The position numbers and the translations under genes are program-made. Positions 1-9,697 of a DNA stretch of 64,000 nucleotides are shown piece after piece. The notes under the pieces were generated by a model. It did not search any database, was not told where the DNA came from, and saw only the letters and a list, made by a program, of their open reading frames with translations. The stretch comes from a virus (taxonomy: Duplodnaviria; Caudoviricetes), in the IMG/VR virus record IMGVR_UViG_3300010346_000241, positions 32,001 through 96,000 of that record. One strand, given 5' to 3'. Each line of letters opens with the position of its first letter. Position 1 is the stretch's first letter.

Positions 1-69
1 CTTCAAATGACATCACTGAACGTGAACGTAAGAGGGCATTAAACCAAGGAAGGAGATCGACTGATAAGA

Positions 70-492
70 ATGAAAGTGAAAAAGAAAACTCCTAATCCAT
101 TTCAGTTTGTATACAATGCTTCTAAGAGCATTATACAGAAGGGTAACGATAAGACTCCTATCAATCTTAAGGTGGGTGATCTTGTCACTTACTATGACCG
201 TAACACAATAAACCCTGATTCTGGTGAAGTATGTAAAGCACTCTGTCAGGTAATTCATGTGGCACAGGACTTCATGGGATATGGAATCCTCTTCTATACA
301 TTGAAGTGCTATGATGAAAGCTTCAACAAGATGGAGGATCCTCAGACACTGCCTGGACAGAAGTTCATGGCAATAGTGTCATACATCGAAACAAATAAAT
401 TTGTTCCCTGGCAGCCTGCTGAGGACGATTATGATCGTCTGATCGGTTATGAAGAGTTCTGCACAGCCATGCAGAATCATGAAGAACAGTAG
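70..492 (+). CDS. hypothetical phage protein (140 aa)
   Basis: ORF with upstream AGGAG. It contains an LKVGDLV KOW/SH3-like strand and is followed by a terminator. Confidence 0.6.
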   Translation: MKVKKKTPNPFQFVYNASKSIIQKGNDKTPINLKVGDLVTYYDRNTINPDSGEVCKALCQVIHVAQDFMGYGILFYTLKCYDESFNKMEDPQTLPGQKFMAIVSYIETNKFVPWQPAEDDYDRLIGYEEFCTAMQNHEEQ

Positions 493-509
493 CTGAAGTA
501 AGAAAAATG

Positions 510-560
510 ACTGGTGGTAGAGCTCGAACATCTGAGTAAACTACCACCAGTTTATTTTTA
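510..560 (+). terminator. intrinsic terminator with a late-promoter motif in its loop
   Basis: Stem ACTGGTGGTAG...CTACCACCAGT followed by TTATTTTT. The loop contains AACATCTGAGTA (527-538). Confidence 0.65.
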
Positions 561-579
561 CTAGAAAGGAGAATTGTAT

Positions 580-1875
580 ATGTCGCATAGATACACTCCT
601 GTACAGTTCCATAGGTATAAACAGGAACATATCCTGAATCACTACTGTACTGTAGCTCCACTATCTCACAATCATGCTATCTGTATAGAGTATGTGAAGA
701 AGTGGTTCCTCGAGAAGTTCCCTAAGGACTTCTTCTCTTACTTTTTTGTCGACGGAAGTAATGTCTTTGGTGAGACTATAAGACTTCCTAAGGACAAAGT
801 TATCGTTAAAGGAAGCGATGACACATGTACATGTACTATGTCTTGTCAGCTTGACGATACTTATGATCGTGCTATGATCGATACTAACCTCTTTGGTCTG
901 GAGATGTTTGTAAACACTACTCCTATAGACCGTTCATTCATCCAAGATCCAGTCAATCATCGTTACGTAATGATGAAGATGGAGATGGAACTCATGAACT
1001 TTACCTTCAGAATCAAGTGTCCTACCAGAGCAAAGCAGCTTGATCTGTTCAAGTTCATGAAACTCGCTTTCAGAATAGGTCTTTCGGAGACCAGAGATGC
1101 TACTAACGACTATCTTATCCCTTATAGTCTGATGCTGAGTGTGGCATCAGATGCTGGTTTTAAGATAGATTGCGAGAATGCCAGAATCAAGAACCCTATA
1201 GAGTTCCTTACATGGCTCAATCGCCATTCTTTTTTGCCGATTCTCTTCAGATTCAACAATATGACTGGTAGAGAAGACTACTATGTGCGTATGGATGACC
1301 TTCCTATCAGAGTAGGATTTGAGTCTATATCTAAGGATGACGGCAATAGAACAGGACATCTTCTTACAGACTTCGGCATAGAGATGAATATCAACGTTCG
1401 TTTCCCTGGTATGCAGCTTTATGTATACCATACTAAGACAGAACAGATCTATTCTACTCAGACTAAGTCTGCTTATGCTATAGACGGAGCTCTCATGATA
1501 GCATTCAAACAGGGCACACCTCCTCCAGATATGAATGAGAGGGGATGGCTCAAGTATATAGAATCTGATTATCAGGCTGATGCTCCAGGGCCATTCGAGA
1601 TTAACATGGGAGAGCTGTTTGAGGGTGAACTTCTCAAGTTTATCAACGAACACAAGGATCGTTTCATTTCTCCAGAGGTATTCATGGATATCAGAGTCTA
1701 TTGTGATGATGCATTTCTTGAGACTGAGATGAATTGGAAGACTATGATGCTCTCGGTAAAGGGTTATCCTCCTAAACTTATTACGAGTATAGTCATCTAC
1801 ATCGATACTCTCTACTTGAACGACCAACGTATCATCGATAAAGGCATTGACAAGTCAAGGACTTCCATTCAGTAA
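580..1875 (+). CDS. putative virion structural protein (possibly T4 gp15-like tail terminator/neck)
   Basis: ORF of about 431 aa; ATG at 580 is well spaced from AGGAG and preceded by a late-type promoter. The segment MNFTFRIKCPTRAKQLDLFKFMK loosely resembles the gp15-type strand-helix pattern. Confidence 0.4.
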   Translation: MSHRYTPVQFHRYKQEHILNHYCTVAPLSHNHAICIEYVKKWFLEKFPKDFFSYFFVDGSNVFGETIRLPKDKVIVKGSDDTCTCTMSCQLDDTYDRAMIDTNLFGLEMFVNTTPIDRSFIQDPVNHRYVMMKMEMELMNFTFRIKCPTRAKQLDLFKFMKLAFRIGLSETRDATNDYLIPYSLMLSVASDAGFKIDCENARIKNPIEFLTWLNRHSFLPILFRFNNMTGREDYYVRMDDLPIRVGFESISKDDGNRTGHLLTDFGIEMNINVRFPGMQLYVYHTKTEQIYSTQTKSAYAIDGALMIAFKQGTPPPDMNERGWLKYIESDYQADAPGPFEINMGELFEGELLKFINEHKDRFISPEVFMDIRVYCDDAFLETEMNWKTMMLSVKGYPPKLITSIVIYIDTLYLNDQRIIDKGIDKSRTSIQ

Positions 1876-1929
1876 GCAATAACAGGGCCCACAACCCTCT
1901 TATAATATAATTAAAGGAGGAATTCTAGC

Positions 1930-4900
1930 ATGACAAAGAATCTTGAGAGTGTCACTGTTGAAAAACGTGACGGTAAGGTAGTTCCCTTCAATAGGGTAAA
2001 TATCTCTGTCGCTGTTACCAAAGCAGTGAAAGCATCTCATCAATCATTCGACCCAACCAAAGACCCCATGTATAATGCTAAGAACAACGAAGTTGTTGAC
2101 GCTGTAATAGATGAGGTAGACACTTTCCTTAACCATGAACCTGGAAGGATACACGTAGAACGTATACAGGATCTTGTTGAACGGGTTCTTATCAAGAAAG
2201 GATATGCTGATACAGCAAAAGAGTATATCCTCTATCGTAAGAAGCGTGACGAGATCCGTAACACTCGTAACAAGACTGCTGAGTGTATGGAAGAGATCCT
2301 CGGTAAGAGCTCTGAAGATAGCAATCTTAAGCGTGATAATGCCAATGTAAACGGTGATACAGCTATGGGTACTATGCTTCAGATTGGAGCTAATGTATCT
2401 AAGGAGTATTATCTTGACAATCGTATCAATCGCACAGCAGCTACAGCTCATAGAGATGGTCATATACATATACATGACCTCGACTTCTATGACCTTACTG
2501 TTACTTGCTGCCAGATCGATGCTAAGAAGATCCTCGAGGGCGGTTTTAATACTGGTCATGGATATCTCAGAGAACCTGCTTCTATACTGTCAGCATCTGC
2601 ATTGGCTGCTATAGCTATACAGAGCGATCAGAACGACTGTCACGGCGGACAGAGCATTCCGAACCTCGACTACGGTCTCGCTAAGTATGTAGATAAGAGT
2701 TTTGCAAAGCATTTCAAGGATAACTTCAGCAAGCTCTTTGACTTCGCATTCTCGTACTACATAACTCCTGGAGGAGAAACACGAAAGAAGTTAGACGAGT
2801 TAATGCCCGATATGGAGAACTTCATTCTTGAAAGCCTCAGAGAACAGCTTAGCACAAAGATGACCCCTTTTACTCATAAAGCTATCTACGAGATAGCTAA
2901 GAAGCTTGAGGAGAATAACATTGTGTCTAGCGATGACGTCAATGTAGTATCCTATCTCGAGAAGATTATTCAGACTGCATTAGACAATTCGTTACGTGAA
3001 ACAGACAAAGAAACACATCAGGCTATGGAAGCATTCGTACACAATCTCAATACGATGCACAGCAGATGTGGCGCACAGGTAAAGAAAGTTGCCTAGTATA
3101 AGGGAAACCTTATACAGAGCTCGGGTAATATCGGTGAAGACTCGAGTATGATTCCATATATAATATCATGTATAGAGGAGGTGAAGATATGGACGATTCA
3201 ATCTTACGTATGATATATTTAGGAAACAAGATCAGTAGCAAAGAACTACAACAGATCACTGGATGTTCTAAAGCTCAACTTAGTCGAGTTATGAAGACTA
3301 TAACAAACAAGAGAAATATAATAGACGTCCACAACAGAAATACAGTAGAGAACTACTTCGAATGTATACAAACTGAGGAACAAGCATACTACTTAGGTTT
3401 CTTTATAGCAGACGGATGTATAAAGTACAATAATGGAAGAAAACCTGTAGCAACATTCACGTTACAAGACTCTGATAGATATATGCTTGAAAGGTTTTCA
3501 GAAGCTATCAACAATCCTTATAAACTTTCATGTGCTACAAAAGTACGTGATACTGGTTATACTAGTACATGGTACACAATGAGAATCTCTAGCCAAAAGA
3601 TAGTATCGAATTTGGAAGATATAGGTGCTGGGTATGGCAAGAGCTACAGAGAGATTCCTATACTTCCACCAAACTTAACCAGACATTTGGTTAGAGGATT
3701 GTTTGATGGTGACGGATCATTCTATTACAGAAGATCACATCCAGAAGACCCAAATAGTATTGCTATCAGAGGTTGTGTAGAGCTATTAGGATTTCCTGTT
3801 GTCATAGAAGACTTACAGATGATATTAAATGACATTGGTGTGTCGAAGTATTCATTACGGAAATCTGATACTGCTACTCAGTTATATGCCATAAGAATGG
3901 AGAGGAAAGATGACATAAAGTTATTCTACAACTACATGTATACTGACTCTCATATCTATTTGGAAAGAAAGAAGAAGAAGTTCGAAGACTTCTTCAATGG
4001 AATCATACCGAGTTAATACCGAGATAACTGATACCTCAACAAGTATCAGTATCGTAACGCGTAGTGGGTGAAACCTCAACACCGAGAGGAATATAATCCC
4101 ACCAAGAGTATCCGATACAATGTCTATAGGGCATTGCTACGGGAGTTGCGCCCCGTGGTCCTAACGTAATGACGAGGGTAGAAATGTACGCTGAGCTGGT
4201 CTGAATTGACAGACGTATCGATTCTTAGTAAATCGTATGAGGGTGACCTCCAGAAGTATAGGATAAAAAGCCTATACGATAACACAACTGACCTTTCTCT
4301 AGTGTAAACCTCGGTACCGATACTTCTCCTGCAGGAAGAATGGTTACCAAGAATCTTCTCAAGGCCATGAATGAAGGCCTTGGACACGGAGAAACAGCTA
4401 TCTTCCCGATCGTTATCTTCAAGGTAAAAGAGGGAATCAACTACAATAAGGAAGATCCTAACTACGACCTCTTCAAGCAGGCTTGTGAGGTTACATCACG
4501 TAGACTCTTCCCTAACTTCTCATTCATTGACGCTCCATTCAACAAACAGTACTATGTTGAGGGTCGTCCTGAAACAGAGATAGCTTACATGGGATCTGTT
4601 ACAGGAGACCATGAAGTATACTATCGTTACAACGGCAAAGAATACAAGCATACGTTCAAAAAGATGTATGAGAAGCTCTCTGCTCATTTCAAGATCGAGA
4701 CATTCGGAATCTCTAAATATATCGATGTCGACGGCGACGTTGATATCTATGATACATCCAGTGGAGGATTCGTTCCTTGTAGAAAGGTAATGGTTACTCC
4801 TAAGATGACTAACTGGGTTCGGATCAAACTTGCTAACGGAAGAATCATTACTGCTACAGATGACCATCCGCTTCCTGTACTGTCTAAAACAGAGGAAAAG

Positions 4901-6909
4901 ACATTCGTAAGAACACCAGTAGCAGATATCGAAATCGGCGATAAGATTGCTGTAGTGGGTCCTGCTAACGTTGTATTCGATTCTGAGTATTGGGATGGAT
5001 CAGACTTCATGACTACACTCAACTCTTCAGAAGTCGTAGAGTATTCAGTTCTTGATACGAAGGAAGATGGATATGATGTAGAGACTGCATCTGATAGATT
5101 CGATGTCTCTGGTATTGTATCACATAACTGCCGTACAAGAGTTATTGGTAATCACTATGATCCTAACAATGAGATTACTCATGGTAGAGGTAACCTCTCA
5201 TTCACCTCTATCAATCTCCCTAGACTCGCTATAGAGTCTGGCGGTTCGGAAGAGAAGTTCTTCAACGATCTTAGATACTATATGGAAGTTGCTAAGTCTC
5301 AGCTTCTTGAAAGATTTGAGATTCAGGCTAAGAGACATGTCTATAACTTCCCATTCCTTATGGGACAGGGAGTATGGATCGGCTCTGATAAACTCAAGTG
5401 GACAGATGAGGTGAGAGAAGTTATCAAGAACGGTACACTCTCTATCGGATTCATCGGTATTGCTGAAACTATGAAGTGTCTCTACGGCCACCATCATGGC
5501 GAAGGTGAGGAGTATGAACAGAAGGCTATCAATATCGTCAAGTTCATGCGTAATATAACTGACCAGATGGCTGAAGAAACTGGACTCAACTTCTCACTTC
5601 TTGCTACTCCTGCAGAAGGACTTTGTGGTAGATTCCTCAGAATCGACAGAAAGAAGTTCGGCGTTATCGAAGGAGTAACAGATAAGGAGTTCTATACTAA
5701 TTCATTCCACATTCCTGTAAACTTCAAGATCTCTGCATTCGATAAGATCAGGCTTGAAGCTCCTTTCCATGAGCTTACTAATGCTGGTCATATTACGTAT
5801 ATCGAGTTCGACGGAGACACATCAGAGAATATAGCTTCTATCGAAAAGGTAGTACGTTGTATGCATGATCAGGGAATCGGCTACGGTGCTATCAATCACC
5901 CTGTAGACAGAGACCCAGTATGCGGATATACTGGTATCATCGGCGATACTTGTCCATGCTGTGGACGTAAGGAATCAGAAGACCATATCAGATTCGAGAG
6001 AATCAGACGAATAACGGGTTAACCTACACGATAAGCCCTAAAACTAACACAAACCTATCATAGATAGGCTTTCCATGATTGGACTCAGAGTATGGGTCAG
6101 AAATCAAATAATGATTATGGAGGGATCAAGAGATGGATGTAGTTACAACCTACAATTCAAACCTTGAGTTTAGAAAGATACCATCATTACAGTTCCTATA
6201 TGAGGTCAACTCTAATGGAACTATCTTTAGGAATGTCAAGTCTAAGAAGCAACTTCGCATCAAGCTTGACTACCATCATTCAAAAGCTGGTTACTATTGT
6301 ACTTTTGTCAATATCAAGGGTCAATGTATAAGAGTCATGATACATTCTGTTGTAGCAGAGTGTTGGCTTGGACCAAGACCTGAAGGATATGAAGTAGATC
6401 ATCGAGATAGAAACAGTCATAACAATGACTATAGGAATCTCCGCTATGTAACTCATAGCGAACAGATGAAGAATAGAGTACTTGGAGATCATGTCATTGC
6501 AGCTGCTACAGCTAATTGTGCAGCTTACGTGAAAGATATCTCCATAAGATGTGTAGTGATAGATTCAAGAACTAATGACACATATCACTTTAGATCAGCT
6601 ACTCAAGCAGCTTACTTCATCGCATATGAGACTGGTAAGAGTCCAGAGCAAGTTAGAGGTAAGCTGAAACAAAGAAGAAGTCACATATACTTCTATGATA
6701 TAGTATATGTGAACAACAAGAACTTCTGGCCAGACAGTATCTTTCGAAATGCAGAGACTAGACGTGTTGGCTCTACGGAGCAAGGAATAGTCCACTTATA
6801 CGAACAAGATGACGAGTAAGTGTATCTTGTAGGTGATGTAGTCACATGGAATGACGCTAAGAGTGCTGAAGAAAGTATGAGACTTCCTCATAATGCTTCA
6901 GATAACTAA
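1930..6909 (+). CDS. nrdD: anaerobic (class III) ribonucleoside-triphosphate reductase; exons 1930-3080, 4291-6019, 6823-6909, plus an intein
   Basis: N-terminal ATP cone (VEKRDGKVVPFN), HIHDLDFY, TCCQID, QNDCHGGQS. Splicing restores HSRCGAQV-PFSS, YMG-CRTR and RRITG-YLVG. Also GNLSFTSINLPR, ATPAEGL, YTNSFH and a Zn-site region. Spliced length is 2967 nt (988 aa; 810 aa after intein removal). Confidence 0.96.
3081..4290 (+). mobile_element. group I intron 1 of nrdD
   Basis: The 5' exon ends in U (3080) and the intron ends in G (4290); removal joins GT|A (Val) in frame. P1: exon AGGT pairs with intron GCCT (U.G). P10: AGAAAG pairs with exon CTTTCT. Core-like segments ATATCGGTGAA / TAATACCGAG and GTAACGCGTAG / GTACGCTGA are present. 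Confidence 0.9.
3189..4016 (+). CDS. intron-encoded double-motif LAGLIDADG homing endonuclease with N-terminal HTH
   Basis: Motifs YYLGFFIADGCI and HLVRGLFDGDGSF; HTH-like ISSKELQQITGCSKAQLSRVM. RBS GGAGGTG precedes ATG 3189. Confidence 0.9.
   Translation: MDDSILRMIYLGNKISSKELQQITGCSKAQLSRVMKTITNKRNIIDVHNRNTVENYFECIQTEEQAYYLGFFIADGCIKYNNGRKPVATFTLQDSDRYMLERFSEAINNPYKLSCATKVRDTGYTSTWYTMRISSQKIVSNLEDIGAGYGKSYREIPILPPNLTRHLVRGLFDGDGSFYYRRSHPEDPNSIAIRGCVELLGFPVVIEDLQMILNDIGVSKYSLRKSDTATQLYAIRMERKDDIKLFYNYMYTDSHIYLERKKKKFEDFFNGIIPS
4595..5128 (+). mobile_element. mini-intein (178 aa, no endonuclease) in NrdD
   Basis: Starts SVTGD after YMG, has block B ITATDDHPL and block F GYDVET, and ends SHN followed by Cys. 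Removal restores YMG-CRTR. Confidence 0.92.
6020..6822 (+). mobile_element. group I intron 2 of nrdD
   Basis: The exon ends in GGU (6019) and the intron ends in G (6822). P1 GGGT/GCCC. P7-type GCAGAGACTAG (6751) with GAATAGTCC (about 6786). Removal gives RRITG-YLVGD...WNDAK. Confidence 0.9.
6133..6819 (+). CDS. intron-encoded HNH homing endonuclease (NUMOD4-HNH-NUMOD1-like)
   Basis: Motifs FRKIPSLQFLYEVNSNG, IHSVVAECW, VDHRDRNSHNNDYRNL and HFRSATQAA. Confidence 0.9.
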   Translation: MDVVTTYNSNLEFRKIPSLQFLYEVNSNGTIFRNVKSKKQLRIKLDYHHSKAGYYCTFVNIKGQCIRVMIHSVVAECWLGPRPEGYEVDHRDRNSHNNDYRNLRYVTHSEQMKNRVLGDHVIAAATANCAAYVKDISIRCVVIDSRTNDTYHFRSATQAAYFIAYETGKSPEQVRGKLKQRRSHIYFYDIVYVNNKNFWPDSIFRNAETRRVGSTEQGIVHLYEQDDE

Positions 6910-6936
6910 AAAGAAATAACAATGTGACTCTGAGAT

Positions 6937-6975
6937 ATGAGGGAACCCTTAATGGGTTCCCTCATTTCTTCTTGC
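6937..6975 (+). terminator. intrinsic terminator after nrdD
   Basis: Perfect stem ATGAGGGAACCC-TTAAT-GGGTTCCCTCAT followed by TTCTTCTT. Confidence 0.75.
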
Positions 6976-7047
6976 CTTTACAATCGCTCCCAACTCAATC
7001 CGTTCAGAGTCAACTTTATAATAAATTCAATACTAGAAGGAGGAATC

Positions 7048-9684
7048 ATGATGCCTAAACTTACTGCCAGGGATATAAAAGAGCGTAGCAACAATCTCCG
7101 TATCATCTCGGAGACTCCAGCTAGCGTGAACATCAAGACCCTGTTCAGACACGTTAAGAGTCAATACTCTTACAACAATGCTAAGATAGTCCTTGAGAAC
7201 TGGAGAGGACTGTCTAGAGATGAGTCTGTTGCTTTTCAGGAAGTTCTTGAACTATTCCAGCTGATATGTGATAATGACTCACCTTCCCACATCAAGAATG
7301 CTTCAGAACTTATAGAAGGCAAGATACTTCACAAAGTTCGTGACGGTAAAGCTCTTCGCCATCTTAACAACTACAAGATGGGTAAACATAAGATAGCAAA
7401 CACTAAGATCGAAAAGCAGACTCATGCTAATGCTACTGTAACTACTCGTGACCTTGAGAACAAGGGTCACCACGTTAACACCCTTCACCCCAACCGTAAG
7501 TATAAGTATGATATGTTCAACCAGCGTAAGGATGAAGCTGTCAAGAAGAATACTCCCGAAGGAGAAGAAGGACAGGAAGAGAAGACTCCTAAGGAGAAAA
7601 TGGTTGAAGAGTGCTATGATAGAATGATCGAGTGTGTTCAAAAGAATCAGCAATGTGATCGTGTCATAGATAACCATGATAAACTCTCAAAGAGATTCAA
7701 CCTTGATAAGATTGTCAGAGAATGTCGTAGAGAAGATGGTTCTTATAGAGACTGCATCTTCGAGTTGTGTTCGCTTATAGATTCATATGATATTGCTGTC
7801 GGTGCTAAGTATGGTATAGCACTGGAGAATATCATGTATCTGATGAACAAGAACTGTATACCTCTTGAGAACAGCTTCATTGCTGAGGCTGTTACTGATT
7901 ACTTCTTGCTCAACAATCAAGACTCGGAAGACTTCTCTATGGATGATCTCATTCATGATATGAAGTACGTTGTAGAGAACTCTAAGTTCTATGATGACAA
8001 TGACTTCGCTCCGATCTCTTATATCTTCGATGAAGACTATGAGCCAATCACCACTACAGAAGAGGCTATCGATACTATTCTTGAGTTTCATTCAGATAAG
8101 CACAAAGAGCTTATAAGAAAGGATGAGAATGGTAAGAAGATTAAGCCTACTGTAACTAAGGTGAAGTTGAATGGTGATAAGAAGAATACCATTAAGGGAG
8201 ACCTTAATGCTTTCAAGATGTCTCACAACAAATCTATCCAGACTCTGAAGAAGTGTCTCCATAGAGTCTTCTGTAACTCACCAGAGAATATCGTCAAGGA
8301 ACTTCCTGATATATTCGCTGTAGTAAGAGGAGCAGCAATCATCGGCATGTTTGCCTTCTCACCATTCCTCGGAATCTTTGGTCTGATTACTGGTGCTTTC
8401 CTTAAGATGGATATCTCTCGTAAGCAGATGAAAGAAGTTGTCGACGCTTACGACAAAGAAATTTCTCGCTATCAAGAGAAACTTAACAAGACTAAAGATG
8501 AAAAGTCTAAACAGCGCTATAAGGAGTACATTAAGAAACTCGAAGCTGACAGAGATAAGCTTGAAGCTAGAGAGGATACTCTCTATACAGAAGAAGAACT
8601 CGAGAAGAAGAGAGATGAGCGTTACGAGAAGAGAAATAAGAACTCTTCAGACGACGATGACTTTGACTTCGGATCATGGGATGAGATGTACAAGTATCTC
8701 GATGATACCTCTATCCTGGTAGAATCTATGAACTGGGATAAGAATGAACTCATGAACACTATAAGACGTTCCATCAACTATGTCACTGCAGACTGCATTC
8801 CTGTACTTACAGAAGCAGTCATCCTCAATAGAGACATCTTTGATGTGAATGAGTATGCTTCTATACTTGAATATGAGAGACATCGTCTCCGTTCTGAGAA
8901 TGGCTATGGTAAGTATGCTAAGATAGATCCTATCAATCTGGCACTTGCTGATATAGCTGCTCTGAAGGAACAAGAGGAAGACAACTCTATTCCTGATCTT
9001 GATATCGTCTCTACTAATGAGTATACGCACTATGTTCAGGAGACTGTACAGGATGTACTTGAACTTCTTGATATCAGTAGAACAGAAGCTCTTAATGAGG
9101 GTAGTCTGTCTAACAAGATTAAACTTGCTGCAGATAAACTTGGTAAGACTGCTGTCAAACTCAAAGACAAAGATCGTAAGATCTCTAAGGACATTGACGT
9201 TACTATGGGTCACTTTGCTCAAGCTGCAGAGAGGGCTCTTACTAACGACAGAAGAGAAGCTATCATCAAGGGTTCTCTCTTACCTTCTGCTTCAAAGACA
9301 ATCAAGGCTGCACTTGTTACTGGTGCTGCTTGGTTAGTGTCTCCTGCTATTGCAGTTATCGGTGTACTTGGTGCTATAGGAACTTCTAAGAAGCTCCAAA
9401 AGAAAGAGCGTCAGATCATTCTCGACGATATCGAGATAGAGCTCAAGATGTGTGATAAGTATATGCGTCTTGCTGAAGATAGGAATGACCTCAAGGCAGT
9501 ACGTTCAATCATGCAGACTCAAAGGGCTCTTGAAAGACAGAGAAGTAGACTTCGCTATAACATGAAGGTTAACTGGAACGAGAAGGCTCCTAAGACCGCT
9601 GGTGATAAGAGTTATGACGAAGCCGTGAACTTCGAAGAAAAGTATATCGGACTCCCTGGAGTTATCGATATCAAAGAAACGTAA
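7048..9684 (+). CDS. putative internal head/virion protein with two hydrophobic hairpin plus coiled-coil modules
   Basis: GGAGG RBS before ATG 7048 (the 6937 ATG lies inside the terminator). Late motif at 7012-7023. Lies upstream of the scaffold and capsid genes and has several hydrophobic-x-E sites. Confidence 0.55.
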   Translation: MMPKLTARDIKERSNNLRIISETPASVNIKTLFRHVKSQYSYNNAKIVLENWRGLSRDESVAFQEVLELFQLICDNDSPSHIKNASELIEGKILHKVRDGKALRHLNNYKMGKHKIANTKIEKQTHANATVTTRDLENKGHHVNTLHPNRKYKYDMFNQRKDEAVKKNTPEGEEGQEEKTPKEKMVEECYDRMIECVQKNQQCDRVIDNHDKLSKRFNLDKIVRECRREDGSYRDCIFELCSLIDSYDIAVGAKYGIALENIMYLMNKNCIPLENSFIAEAVTDYFLLNNQDSEDFSMDDLIHDMKYVVENSKFYDDNDFAPISYIFDEDYEPITTTEEAIDTILEFHSDKHKELIRKDENGKKIKPTVTKVKLNGDKKNTIKGDLNAFKMSHNKSIQTLKKCLHRVFCNSPENIVKELPDIFAVVRGAAIIGMFAFSPFLGIFGLITGAFLKMDISRKQMKEVVDAYDKEISRYQEKLNKTKDEKSKQRYKEYIKKLEADRDKLEAREDTLYTEEELEKKRDERYEKRNKNSSDDDDFDFGSWDEMYKYLDDTSILVESMNWDKNELMNTIRRSINYVTADCIPVLTEAVILNRDIFDVNEYASILEYERHRLRSENGYGKYAKIDPINLALADIAALKEQEEDNSIPDLDIVSTNEYTHYVQETVQDVLELLDISRTEALNEGSLSNKIKLAADKLGKTAVKLKDKDRKISKDIDVTMGHFAQAAERALTNDRREAIIKGSLLPSASKTIKAALVTGAAWLVSPAIAVIGVLGAIGTSKKLQKKERQIILDDIEIELKMCDKYMRLAEDRNDLKAVRSIMQTQRALERQRSRLRYNMKVNWNEKAPKTAGDKSYDEAVNFEEKYIGLPGVIDIKET

Positions 9685-9697
9685 GGGAGGTTACAGT

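Noticed and set aside
3-95. 3' end of an upstream CDS (SNDITERERK...ENS*)
   Set aside because: Too short and truncated by the window edge to support a call.
4340-6022. nrdD as separate genes or a pseudogene
   Set aside because: Exact U/G splice boundaries, P1 pairings and in-frame restoration of conserved motifs indicate intact introns.
6937-7047. N-terminal extension of the 915-aa ORF
   Set aside because: The ATG lies inside a terminator stem upstream of the promoter motif; the strong RBS supports 7048.
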